NCBI GenBank assembly: GCA_964360095.1
Contig: CAYHVY010000001.1
Span: 1 to 37,603, forward strand
Source of the DNA: an uncultured Candidatus Peribacteria bacterium
GTDB lineage: Bacteria > Patescibacteriota > Gracilibacteria > UBA1369
DNA: 37,603 nucleotides
Direction of reading: 5' to 3'
Below, piece by piece: positions 1-8,594 of this stretch. The first letter of the stretch is position 1; every line of letters starts with the position of its first letter. The translations under genes were made by a program, and so were the position numbers. A model generated the notes under the pieces. It saw only the letters and a program-made list of their open reading frames with translations. It ran no database searches and was not told the DNA's origin.

Positions 1-2
1 AC

Positions 3-518
3 AGCCAGGTGGAAAAACCTGAGTCTTTTGAAAAAAGGATTATGATTGATACCGCAAAGGTAAAATCATTCGACCTAAAGCCGGAAATGAGCGCCAGAGA
101 AATCACTGCTATAGCGTTAAATGAAATAGGTAAAAATAAATATTCACTTTTAGTACAAAATTTCGCAAACGCGGATGTTGTCGGGCATGCAGGAGTTCTT
201 AAGGCCGCAATCACGGCATGTGAAGTCCTTGACGAATGTATAGGTAAAATCAGTGAAAAGACGATTGAAAAAGATTATGATCTTATCATTACCGCCGACC
301 ACGGCAACGCGGAATACATGATTTATGAGGAAAATGGCAAGCCCTGCCCGTCACATACAATAAATCCCGTTATTTTTATTCTTGTTTCAAAAAAATATCA
401 GCATGTTAAATTGAGAACAGGCCGAGGATTGGCAGATATCGCCCCCACTGTGCTGCAATTACTTGGTTTGCAAAAACCTGTTGAAATGACAGGAAAAAAT
501 ATAATAATTGATAAATAA
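3..518 (+). CDS. gpmI: 2,3-bisphosphoglycerate-independent phosphoglycerate mutase, C-terminal fragment (5' end lies outside the window)
   Basis: The reading frame is open to the window edge. It carries the ITADHGNAE metal-site motif and the C-terminal GLADIAPTVL segment typical of iPGM. Confidence 0.8.
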   Translation, partial: SQVEKPESFEKRIMIDTAKVKSFDLKPEMSAREITAIALNEIGKNKYSLLVQNFANADVVGHAGVLKAAITACEVLDECIGKISEKTIEKDYDLIITADHGNAEYMIYEENGKPCPSHTINPVIFILVSKKYQHVKLRTGRGLADIAPTVLQLLGLQKPVEMTGKNIIIDK

Positions 519-528
519 TATAAATATC

Positions 529-1602
529 ATGAAAGCAGTAATACTCGCTGGTGGAACGGGAACCAGGCTATGGCCACTCAGTCGCGTTAGTCAGCCAAAA
601 CAGTTTCAAAAGCTCGTTACAGACCGCAGCATGCTGCAGGATGCTATTTCACGACTCAATTTTTTAAAACCGGCTGACATTTACATTTCCACCAATATTG
701 AATATGAAAAAATTGTGCGCGAACAGGCTCCGAAAATTCCTCCCGAAAATATTATTGTTGAACCGGCGCTGCGCGACACTGCGCCATGTATTGGGCTGGC
801 GGCAGTGTATATTTCTCAGAAATATCCAAATGACGTGATGGCTGTCATTTACGCGGATCATCTCATCCAAAATCAAAAAGAGCTGATAAAAAAACTGAAA
901 ATCGCGGAAAAATTGGCCAAAAAAGAGAACACGCTAAATATTATTGAAGTAAAAGCCAAATATCCAAATGTCAATCTTGGATATGTCAAAATCGGCAAAA
1001 TGCTGAAAATGATTGACGGCGCGGAAATTTTTTCCTTTGAAAAATTTATAGAAAAACCGGATCTGCAAATGGCCACAGATTTTCTGAAGTCATATAAATA
1101 TCTTTGGAATACAGGTTTATATGTATGGAAAATTGAAACAATTTTGAAAAAATTCAAAAAACATCTGCCAAAAACTTACGAATGCCTCATGAAAATAAAA
1201 AAAATAATTGGCGCTGCCGGCTTCCAAAAAGCCGTAAAACACTATTATCCACTGTGCGATAAAATTTCCATTGATTACGGCATTATGGAAAAAATACATC
1301 CAAAAGAGGTGCGCATTATTCCAGCGGAACTTGGCTGGAGCGACGTGGGAACATGGGAATCCATCTTTGACGAACTTGTAAAAAATGAAAAATCAAATCT
1401 TGTGAAAGGCAAACATATGGGGATTGACACCAAAGGCTCGCTTATTTACGGTGGTAATAAATTAATCGCGACCATTGGCGTAAAAAACCTGATTATTGTG
1501 GAAACTGATGACGCAATATTGATTTGCGACAAAAAACGCAGCAGTGAGGTAAAAAAACTGGTTGAAAAACTCACTAAAAAAAATTACAAATATTTATTAT
1601 AA
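529..1602 (+). CDS. Sugar-1-phosphate nucleotidylyltransferase, mannose-1-phosphate guanylyltransferase-like
   Basis: The N-terminal MKAVILAGGTGTRLWPLSR signature matches the ManC/CpsB NTP-transferase domain. The ATG at 529 is preferred over the ORF-track start at 508. Confidence 0.8.
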   Translation: MKAVILAGGTGTRLWPLSRVSQPKQFQKLVTDRSMLQDAISRLNFLKPADIYISTNIEYEKIVREQAPKIPPENIIVEPALRDTAPCIGLAAVYISQKYPNDVMAVIYADHLIQNQKELIKKLKIAEKLAKKENTLNIIEVKAKYPNVNLGYVKIGKMLKMIDGAEIFSFEKFIEKPDLQMATDFLKSYKYLWNTGLYVWKIETILKKFKKHLPKTYECLMKIKKIIGAAGFQKAVKHYYPLCDKISIDYGIMEKIHPKEVRIIPAELGWSDVGTWESIFDELVKNEKSNLVKGKHMGIDTKGSLIYGGNKLIATIGVKNLIIVETDDAILICDKKRSSEVKKLVEKLTKKNYKYLL

Positions 1603-1633
1603 AAATTCACCCAAAATTCAAAATTCAAAATTC
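1602..1633. repeat. Heptamer-period AAAATTC tract directly upstream of a start codon
   Basis: AAAATTC occurs at 1602-1608, followed by three perfect tandem AAAATTC units at 1613-1633. The ATG is at 1642 and no Shine-Dalgarno sequence is present. Confidence 0.7.
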
Positions 1634-1641
1634 ACCTTACT

Positions 1642-2058
1642 ATGCTTCCAAAACAACAGCCGGTTCAAATAAAACCAAAACCCTGGGGGCAGGAAATATG
1701 GTTTGCGCATACCGCAAAATATGCCGGGAAAATTCTTGAGGTAAAAAAGGGGCATCGGCTTTCTCTGCAATATCACGAACAAAAAACAGAAACACAGTAT
1801 ATTCTTGAAGGAAAGGTAAAATTGACCTACGGAAAGGACAAAAACAGCCTTGAAGAATCCACTTTGTCGCCTGGTGACAAAGTGGATATTTTTCCGTATA
1901 CTGTTCACCGTGTTGAAGCTCTGGAAGACTCAAAAATCATTGAAGTTTCAAGCCCGGAGCTGGATGATGTGGTAAAACTGGCAGATGACTATGGACGCAG
2001 CGGAAAGGGCAACAATGAGATGTTGGATCAAAAATTGTCACAGCAAAAAAAATCATAG
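1642..2058 (+). CDS. Cupin-fold protein resembling the phosphomannose isomerase module of bifunctional ManC, encoded as a separate gene
   Basis: KPWGQEIW...GHRLSLQYHEQKTETQYILEG is the cupin His/Glu motif pattern. The gene follows the nucleotidyltransferase gene directly. Confidence 0.65.
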   Translation: MLPKQQPVQIKPKPWGQEIWFAHTAKYAGKILEVKKGHRLSLQYHEQKTETQYILEGKVKLTYGKDKNSLEESTLSPGDKVDIFPYTVHRVEALEDSKIIEVSSPELDDVVKLADDYGRSGKGNNEMLDQKLSQQKKS

Positions 2059-2093
2059 AATTCCCTATTCATTTTTCATTATTCCCTATCCAC
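2059..2093. repeat. Five 7-nt units (AATTCCC TATTCAT TTTTCAT TATTCCC TATCCAC) filling the spacer before secDF
   Basis: Read directly from the sequence. The spacer runs from just after the cupin stop (2058) to 1 nt before the secDF ATG (2095). Confidence 0.6.
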
Positions 2094-2094
2094 T

Positions 2095-5000
2095 ATGCAT
2101 AAACGTCACATCCTCAAAGTCGGCATCATTATCCTGGTAACGCTCATTCTGGGCTTTATTGATTTGCCGTCAGAAAAGCAGAAAAAGCTCTTTCCGCCTA
2201 CGCCACAGGCAATCCAGGACAGCAAATATCATTTGGGTCTGGATTTGCAGGGAGGATCTCAGCTTGATTACAAAATTGACCTGCGAAAAGTTCCCGAAAA
2301 GGATCGGAAAAGCATTATTGAAGGAGTCAGTAACGTCATCAACACGCGGGTCAACGGTTTAGGCGTATCTGAACCAAATATTTATCTTTCTTCCGTCGGG
2401 GATGAACAACATCTTATTGTTGAACTCGCCGGCATAAAAGATCTGGAAGAGGCTAAAAAGGTAGTTGGGAAAACAATTCAGCTGGAATTTAAAGAGCAGC
2501 GCGGCACTGAAGATACGGAAGCCCCTAAAAGAGCAAAAAACGCGGCCCAGGCGCTTCTGGACAAAGTAAAAGCCGGTGGCAATTTTGATGTTCTGGGCAA
2601 AGAAGAGTCTCTTGGAAATCCCGGAAAAGTGACTTTTCAGGAGGTTGATTTTCAGTATAAAGATCAGGTGCCATCGGCTCTTGTAAATGACCTTTTTAGC
2701 GCAAAACCCGGAGAAATTCTTAAAAACATCATTGAAACAAGCGGTGAATACAGTATTGATGCAACAGGTCAATTAGCGCCAAGCAAAGGGCACAATGTGG
2801 TAAAATTGCTGGAAAAACGCGACCAAAAACGTGAAATAGATGAAAAACGCGAAGTAACTGTGAGTCATATTTTAGTTGCATACAAGGGCGCGGAACGGGC
2901 GGATTCCGCCGTAACGCGTACTGAAGATGAGGCCAAAAAACGCGCCGCAGAAGTTCTGGAAAAATTGCAAAAGGGTGGAAAATTTGATGAATTGGCAAAA
3001 CAATATTCGGACGACAAAAGCAATAAAGACAGGGGTGGGGCTTTAGAGCAGGCGGTTAAAGGTGAAAGCCAATACGCGAAAGAATTTGAAACCGCCGCTA
3101 TGGCATTAAAAAAAGTTGGAGATCTATCCCCTGTCACAAAAACGTCTTTTGGTTTTCATATAATCAAAGCGGATAAAATCAAAGAAGCCTTAAAGGAGAC
3201 AAGAACCGAACCGCAGGTAAAATATACGAAGATTTTTTACAGTGCGGCATCAGATCCATGGCAGGATACGGAATTAAGCGGAAAACACTTCACACACGCT
3301 GACATTCAATATGATCAGCTTTTCAATCCATATGTATCCATTCAGTTCAATGATGAAGGGGCAAAACTTTTTGAAAAACTCACTGAAAAAAATGTCGGTA
3401 AACCATTGGCCATTTTTGTTGGAGGACAGCTTATTTCTGCACCAAACGTGAATGAAAAAATCAGCGGAGGTAAAGCTCAAATAAGTGGCCGTTTCACATT
3501 GGAAGAAGCCAACAAGCTGGCACGCGACCTCAATACCGGAGCAATACCGGCCCCAATCGTCTTGGCCGGTCAATATACGATTGGAGCGACACTTGGGCAG
3601 GATGCTCTTAATAAAAGTCTTTTCGCGGGCAGTATTGGCTTTCTCCTGGTCGCTCTGTTTATGATTCTCTATTACCGTCTGCCAGGCCTGCTGGCTGTCA
3701 TCGCTCTCACGATCTACGCAATTTTAATGCTGTTCCTGATTAAAACTGCCATGCCGCTCTATTGGTCTCTCCCGATATCCGTGGCTGCATTTGTCTTTTT
3801 AGTGATGAAGATTCTTCGTTCCCGCGAATCAGGGGCCGAAAAAGCAATTGGACTTGTTCTTTCCTGTTTTGTGCTTTTCTTTCTAAGCTTCCTGCTTTCA
3901 ACACCGGTTGTAATGACATTGGCTGGTATCGCCGGCGTTGTTTTATCCATTGGTATGGCCGTGGATGCCAATATTCTTATTTTTGAAAGGATAAAAGAGG
4001 AACTTCGTGATGGACGCACTCTGAGCGCGGCCATTGAAGTTGGCTTTGACAGGGCATGGAATTCCATCCGGGATTCAAATTTTTCTTCTCTCATCACCTG
4101 CGGAATTCTTTTTTATTTTGGAAGTTCCATTATTCAGGGTTTTGCTTTTAACCTTGCGGCGGGTATTTTGGTTTCCATGTTTACAGCCATTACCATTACA
4201 AAAACCTTTATTTCCGCTCTGATAAACACAAAATTGGCCAATAACTTGTGGCTTTTTGGAACACCAAAGAAAAAAGAAAAGAAATTATTGCCGATTATTC
4301 CAAACAGAAAAACCGCCTACATTGTCTCACTGACTGTATTGGCACTGGCTCTCATTAGCATACCCGTTTTTGGGCTTAAATTGGGGCTCGACTTCACCGG
4401 AGGAACGCTGATGGAATTCAAGTTTCAAAAGGCTGTTAATGTTTCGGACATAGAAAAAGCTTTTCAGGAAAGTGTTCAAATATTAAATCAACAAAAAGAT
4501 AAAAAAACTGAGAGTAAAATTGACCCCGGAACTCCGCACATAGTTCCAAGCGAACAGGGATTTATTGTGAAAACACGCCATATCAGCTCGGAGATTCACG
4601 ATCTTTTGATTCCGGAACTTAAAAAGAAACTTGGGGCGTTTGAAGAAACACGCTTTAATACTGTAGGCCCGACTGTTGGAGAAAGTCTGCGTTGGCGCGC
4701 GACATTGGCTGTGGCGGTCGCCAGCATAATGATTGTGCTGTATGTCGCTTTTGCTTTCCGCAAAATTCCGCGTTATGTAAGTAAGTGGCGTTTTGGAACG
4801 GCCGCGATTATCGCTCTGTTGCATGATTTGGGCATCATGCTTGGGGTATACGTATATTTTGGAGTATTTTTTAACGTTGAAATTGACGCGCTTTTCATTA
4901 CAGCAATGCTGACAATTCTTGGATTTTCGGTCCATGACACCATTGTCGTTTTTGATCGTATCCGCGAGAAACTCAAATATCAGAAACATGATGAAAGTTT

Positions 5001-5241
5001 TGCTGAAATTACAAATCAGGCCGTCAATGAAACCATCGCGCGCTCCATCAACACATCTTTTTCGGTATTTCTTACCCTGCTGGCCCTGGCTATTTTTGGA
5101 GGCGAAAGCATTCGTTTCTTTGTTTTATCGCTTCTGGTGGGCATCGTGGCCGGCACGTATTCCTCCGTTTTTGTCGCAAGCCCCGTGCTTGTAGACTGGC
5201 AGGAGCATGCTAAAAAAGCGGTACACGAGAAAAAGAAGTGA
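2095..5241 (+). CDS. secDF: Fused protein-export membrane protein SecD-SecF with parvulin-type PPIase modules inserted in the SecD periplasmic P1 domain
   Basis: SecD motifs are GLDLQGGSQL, VNGLGVSEPNI and TLEEANKLARDLNTGAIPAPI, followed by 6 TM segments. SecF motif GLDFTGGT is followed by 6 more TM segments. Residues about 254-362 read as parvulin (VTVSHILVAYKG...GGKFDELAKQYSDD...GGAL...SFGFHIIKAD). Confidence 0.9.
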   Translation: MHKRHILKVGIIILVTLILGFIDLPSEKQKKLFPPTPQAIQDSKYHLGLDLQGGSQLDYKIDLRKVPEKDRKSIIEGVSNVINTRVNGLGVSEPNIYLSSVGDEQHLIVELAGIKDLEEAKKVVGKTIQLEFKEQRGTEDTEAPKRAKNAAQALLDKVKAGGNFDVLGKEESLGNPGKVTFQEVDFQYKDQVPSALVNDLFSAKPGEILKNIIETSGEYSIDATGQLAPSKGHNVVKLLEKRDQKREIDEKREVTVSHILVAYKGAERADSAVTRTEDEAKKRAAEVLEKLQKGGKFDELAKQYSDDKSNKDRGGALEQAVKGESQYAKEFETAAMALKKVGDLSPVTKTSFGFHIIKADKIKEALKETRTEPQVKYTKIFYSAASDPWQDTELSGKHFTHADIQYDQLFNPYVSIQFNDEGAKLFEKLTEKNVGKPLAIFVGGQLISAPNVNEKISGGKAQISGRFTLEEANKLARDLNTGAIPAPIVLAGQYTIGATLGQDALNKSLFAGSIGFLLVALFMILYYRLPGLLAVIALTIYAILMLFLIKTAMPLYWSLPISVAAFVFLVMKILRSRESGAEKAIGLVLSCFVLFFLSFLLSTPVVMTLAGIAGVVLSIGMAVDANILIFERIKEELRDGRTLSAAIEVGFDRAWNSIRDSNFSSLITCGILFYFGSSIIQGFAFNLAAGILVSMFTAITITKTFISALINTKLANNLWLFGTPKKKEKKLLPIIPNRKTAYIVSLTVLALALISIPVFGLKLGLDFTGGTLMEFKFQKAVNVSDIEKAFQESVQILNQQKDKKTESKIDPGTPHIVPSEQGFIVKTRHISSEIHDLLIPELKKKLGAFEETRFNTVGPTVGESLRWRATLAVAVASIMIVLYVAFAFRKIPRYVSKWRFGTAAIIALLHDLGIMLGVYVYFGVFFNVEIDALFITAMLTILGFSVHDTIVVFDRIREKLKYQKHDESFAEITNQAVNETIARSINTSFSVFLTLLALAIFGGESIRFFVLSLLVGIVAGTYSSVFVASPVLVDWQEHAKKAVHEKKK

Positions 5242-5274
5242 GCATACTTGAGTTTATTAATGATGCCATAAATT

Positions 5275-6555
5275 TTATTTCAATAAGTCGTCCAACTCGC
5301 ACGACAACAGCGCTGATTTATTAAGCACGATCTGTTCCTTCTGGTTCAAATTGTCGGCCATCATCCGGATAACCTTAGTGATAATGCTGTCCCCGAGCAT
5401 AATCTGATTAGTTTTCTTGAAATACTTCTCGGTCTTCTGATAAAACATGGTCGCGTACTGCTTAAGCTTATCTTCGGGAGTCGGACGGCTACTTACACCA
5501 TTACTTCTAAAATCAAATTTTCCTTCCAGCTTCTTATCTACTTCGATCTGCAAATTACCCTCGCCAAATATAATCCAGTCCTCGAGGTTATAAACAATCC
5601 TGACCGACCCACCGTCCTCTGTCGTATATCGGTAAACGAAAGAAAAAGTATCTGTAAGAAAATCCTGATGTATCCCGATACTCTCTAGCTCTTTTATGGT
5701 GCGGATTTTATATTGATCCAAAAGTCGTAGATAGCTCTCTCGCCAATTCTTGAGCCAATTTCGAATATAATTTTTATTCACGAACAGAGGCTCGAGGTCC
5801 TGCTCAAGATTCTTATCATTAACCTTATTCATCTGAAGCGTGAGCTTATCAAAAAGCGTGCGAGGGTCTTTTGTATTAATACCTTTAGAGACAAGATAAT
5901 CGAAATCAGGCACCACCTTTTTATTCATGTACCAAAGAAGGTCATAAATATCACGTCCTTTTTCCTCATAGACCGCTTCTCCCACGCCACGAGTACCGCG
6001 GAGGAAAATAGCAGCAAGCTTGCTCGCCATAAGCGAGGACATGTTGTAGGTGGTGATCACAAAAGAGAGCTGATCACGGTTTATCGGTCGACGTTCAGTG
6101 ACGATCTTGGGAGCGACAAAATGATTGAGATCAATTTTGACATGTACCTGCTTTGAAGGATTCCCCAAGCTTAACTCTTTGCCGACATGGAACTTCAAAA
6201 GTAAACCTCTGCCGGTGGTTGTTTTTATCGTAAGAAAATCAGCTCCCGCATCATAGGTATTAGTGAAGTGATCTTCGAGCTCTTTTTTTAGCTTCTCCAA
6301 AAACTTCTCTGTTATCGCATGTGAAATTTCAAAATCTAGATCAACTGACATGCGATCAAGTTCGTGAACGATACGAAGCGAGGAACCGCCATACATAATC
6401 CACGAATTGTATTTCGGATGATGATAAATAAAGTTGAGAACGTAAAACTGCAACTCTTCTTTTAAAGCATTACGCCGAGTTTCCGCATCAAGACTGCCGT
6501 AGGCGGCAAGATCATCAAGCTTACGTTTTAGAATTGTAGAAATCTGTTCACTCAT
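5275..6555 (-). CDS. AbiEii/DUF1814-family nucleotidyltransferase toxin (type IV TA) with a C-terminal extension of about 140 aa
   Basis: YGGSSLRIVHELDRMSVDLDFE matches the GG(T/S)xL...R.S.DLDF nucleotidyltransferase signature. Its start overlaps the stop of the upstream AbiEi-like gene by 8 nt. Confidence 0.75.
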   Translation of the reverse strand: MSEQISTILKRKLDDLAAYGSLDAETRRNALKEELQFYVLNFIYHHPKYNSWIMYGGSSLRIVHELDRMSVDLDFEISHAITEKFLEKLKKELEDHFTNTYDAGADFLTIKTTTGRGLLLKFHVGKELSLGNPSKQVHVKIDLNHFVAPKIVTERRPINRDQLSFVITTYNMSSLMASKLAAIFLRGTRGVGEAVYEEKGRDIYDLLWYMNKKVVPDFDYLVSKGINTKDPRTLFDKLTLQMNKVNDKNLEQDLEPLFVNKNYIRNWLKNWRESYLRLLDQYKIRTIKELESIGIHQDFLTDTFSFVYRYTTEDGGSVRIVYNLEDWIIFGEGNLQIEVDKKLEGKFDFRSNGVSSRPTPEDKLKQYATMFYQKTEKYFKKTNQIMLGDSIITKVIRMMADNLNQKEQIVLNKSALLSCELDDLLK

Positions 6556-7165
6556 GAAAGTATTTATTAATCATTGAATAAAATTTATCCCGTTCGCTTT
6601 TTTCCATCTCATCGATATCTATCCTTAATTCCGCAATCATTGCTTTGACTTTTTCTATGTCCAGATCGTTAAGCTGACGCGTTCTCAAATAAAGCAAATC
6701 AAACAATGCTTTAGATGGAGAAGCTATATAGAAATCAAACTTTCCTTCTGCCAGAGAAAAATCCGTAAAAAAATCTTTGCTGATCGACTGATATGAGAAA
6801 TTACCAGCCTTTGTCTGATATTCTTTTGTTACTTTAAGTGTGACCGAGGTGACAGAATGGATCGCTTCAGTGGCGAGGTTGTAATACTGGAGTGCCGCCC
6901 ATGAGCTGATATATGACGGTGTGCGAATGATATTGGCAAGATAGAATGAGTAAGAAACATCGTTCCTGTTTTTATCAAAAAAATCAGTAGAGACATACAA
7001 CCCTCTTTTAAGCTGGATAATATTTTTATACTTCAAAAACCGGCTAATGTAGACATTAAGTGTAGAGTCTTTGAGTCCCAACTGCCTACCAAGCTGAAAT
7101 ACAGTAATTTTACTGAAATGAGACAGGGGTTTAAGTTGTTCTAATAGGTTACTCTTGCTTTTCAT
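6548..7165 (-). CDS. AbiEi-family antitoxin / wHTH transcriptional regulator
   Basis: The N-terminal region FSKITVFQLGRQLGLKDSTLNVYISRFLKYKNIIQLKRGLYV ends in the family RGLY signature. The ATG at 7165 was chosen because the longer track ORF (to 7288) runs across the tRNA gene. Confidence 0.7.
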   Translation of the reverse strand: MKSKSNLLEQLKPLSHFSKITVFQLGRQLGLKDSTLNVYISRFLKYKNIIQLKRGLYVSTDFFDKNRNDVSYSFYLANIIRTPSYISSWAALQYYNLATEAIHSVTSVTLKVTKEYQTKAGNFSYQSISKDFFTDFSLAEGKFDFYIASPSKALFDLLYLRTRQLNDLDIEKVKAMIAELRIDIDEMEKSERDKFYSMINKYFHE

Positions 7166-7258
7166 AATATAACAGAAGTGTATCATATCAGAAACACCTA
7201 TGTCGATAAGCTGAATTTCCCGCCGCCCAAAAAACGGGAAAAAAGTTGGAATATTTTT

Positions 7259-7333
7259 TGGTGCCTCTGGGGGGAATCGAACCCTCATCCCTGGTTCCGA
7301 AGACCAGCGCTTTATCCATTAAGCTACAGAGGC
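7259..7333 (-). tRNA. tRNA-Arg, anticodon UCG, with encoded CCA
   Basis: The reverse complement is GCCTCTGTAGCTTAATGGATAAAGCGCTGGTCTTCGGAACCAGGGATGAGGGTTCGATTCCCCCCAGAGGCACCA. It has a perfect 7-bp acceptor stem, a D arm GCTT/AAGC, an anticodon stem CTGGT/ACCAG with loop CTTCGGA, and a TTCGATT T-loop. Confidence 0.9.
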
Positions 7334-7424
7334 GTTTACTACATGCCCTTTCATTTTATAGTCCAAAACGACTTAAAGCCATAAGAGTTTTTTCTACCGT
7401 AGTCAAAAATACACGTGAGTATTT

Positions 7425-7453
7425 TTGACAATAGTAGAAAATACACATATAAT
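7425..7453 (+). promoter_or_regulatory. Consensus sigma-70 promoter TTGACA-17-TATAAT, probably producing a leaderless or near-leaderless mRNA
   Basis: TTGACA lies at 7425-7430 and TATAAT at 7448-7453, separated by an exact 17-nt spacer. The in-frame ATG at 7460 starts 7 nt after the -10 element. Confidence 0.6.
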
Positions 7454-7459
7454 GATGGC

Positions 7460-8581
7460 ATGGCAATATTTAAACGCTATCTTATTCAACAGGTTGAGAA
7501 AGATCTCCAAAGGAAAATGGTCTTTGTTGGAGGACCGCGACAAGTTGGTAAAACAACTCTGTCAACACATACCAAATTTTCCGACAAAACAGGATATTTA
7601 AACTGGGATATCGCAGAACATAGAGAAAAAATCCTCAGACAGCAATGGCCTGCAACTCAATTGTGGATATTTGATGAAATTCACAAATACCACCAATGGC
7701 GTAATTTGCTAAAAGGGCTATATGATGAGTATAAAGGAAGTCAAAAAATTCTTGTTACAGGCAGCGCAAATTTGGATATATATCGTCATGGAGGCGATTC
7801 CCTTCAGGGACGTTACCATTATTTACGGTTACATCCCTTGTCTGCCGCTGAATTAAAAATACATTCTTCCAAAGAATTGCTTAATTTGTTGGAACTTGGC
7901 GGTTTCCCTGAACCCTTTTTTCAAAGCAAAAAAATTGAGGCAAAACGCTGGTCACGCGAATATCGCACAAGGCTCATTCAGGAAGATTTGAGATCTCTTG
8001 AGCGTATTCATGACATCGGCAAGGTTGAACTTTTGATGTTGAGGTTACCGGAGCTTGTCGGATCACCCCTGTCCATCAATGCAATCCGTGAAGACCTTCA
8101 GGTAAGCCATAAAACAATGGCAACCTGGCTCCTTGTCCTGGAGAAACTGTATGCCATTTTTCGTCTTTCACCATTTGGCGCACCGCGTATTCGTGCCGTC
8201 AAAAAAGAACAAAAACATTATCATTTTGACTGGACATTAATTGAAAATAGCAGCATTCGTTTTGAAAACATGGTGGCATGCCATCTTCTCAAATGGGTAC
8301 ATTATGAACAGGATGTGAAAGGGCGTGATCTGGAATTGCGATATTTTCGAGATACCAATGGAAAAGAAATTGACTTTGTCATTATTGAAAAATTAAAGCC
8401 AATTATGGCCATTGAATGCAAATGGGAAGACGGCCCTGTCTCCAAAGCTCTTTCTTATTTTAAATTGCGTTTTCCGGCATGCGAAATGTGGCAAATCAGC
8501 GCTATTGGAAAACAAGATTATCGTTCAAAAGAAAAAATAAGAGTCTCGCCCGCGATCGGATTTTTAGCAGGACTGGTATAA
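7460..8581 (+). CDS. COG1373-type AAA ATPase with a C-terminal DUF4143 / PD-(D/E)xK-like domain
   Basis: Walker A is GGPRQVGKTT and Walker B is LWIFDEIH. The C-terminal EIDFVI...AIECKW resembles a nuclease D...ExK motif. The track's GTG start at 7415 lies inside the promoter, so the ATG at 7460 is preferred. Confidence 0.7.
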   Translation: MAIFKRYLIQQVEKDLQRKMVFVGGPRQVGKTTLSTHTKFSDKTGYLNWDIAEHREKILRQQWPATQLWIFDEIHKYHQWRNLLKGLYDEYKGSQKILVTGSANLDIYRHGGDSLQGRYHYLRLHPLSAAELKIHSSKELLNLLELGGFPEPFFQSKKIEAKRWSREYRTRLIQEDLRSLERIHDIGKVELLMLRLPELVGSPLSINAIREDLQVSHKTMATWLLVLEKLYAIFRLSPFGAPRIRAVKKEQKHYHFDWTLIENSSIRFENMVACHLLKWVHYEQDVKGRDLELRYFRDTNGKEIDFVIIEKLKPIMAIECKWEDGPVSKALSYFKLRFPACEMWQISAIGKQDYRSKEKIRVSPAIGFLAGLV

Positions 8582-8594
8582 AAACTTTTCGCTA

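Noticed and set aside
529-2058. The split of ManC into separate nucleotidyltransferase and cupin genes might be a frameshifted pseudogene.
   Set aside because: Both ORFs are intact, with their own start codons and a 39-nt spacer carrying the usual heptamer tract. Separate GMP and cupin genes are a known arrangement.
7166-7288. The longer AbiEi-like ORF starts at 7288.
   Set aside because: The extension reads through the tRNA-Arg gene (7259-7333) on the same strand. The ATG at 7165 precedes the conserved wHTH region directly.
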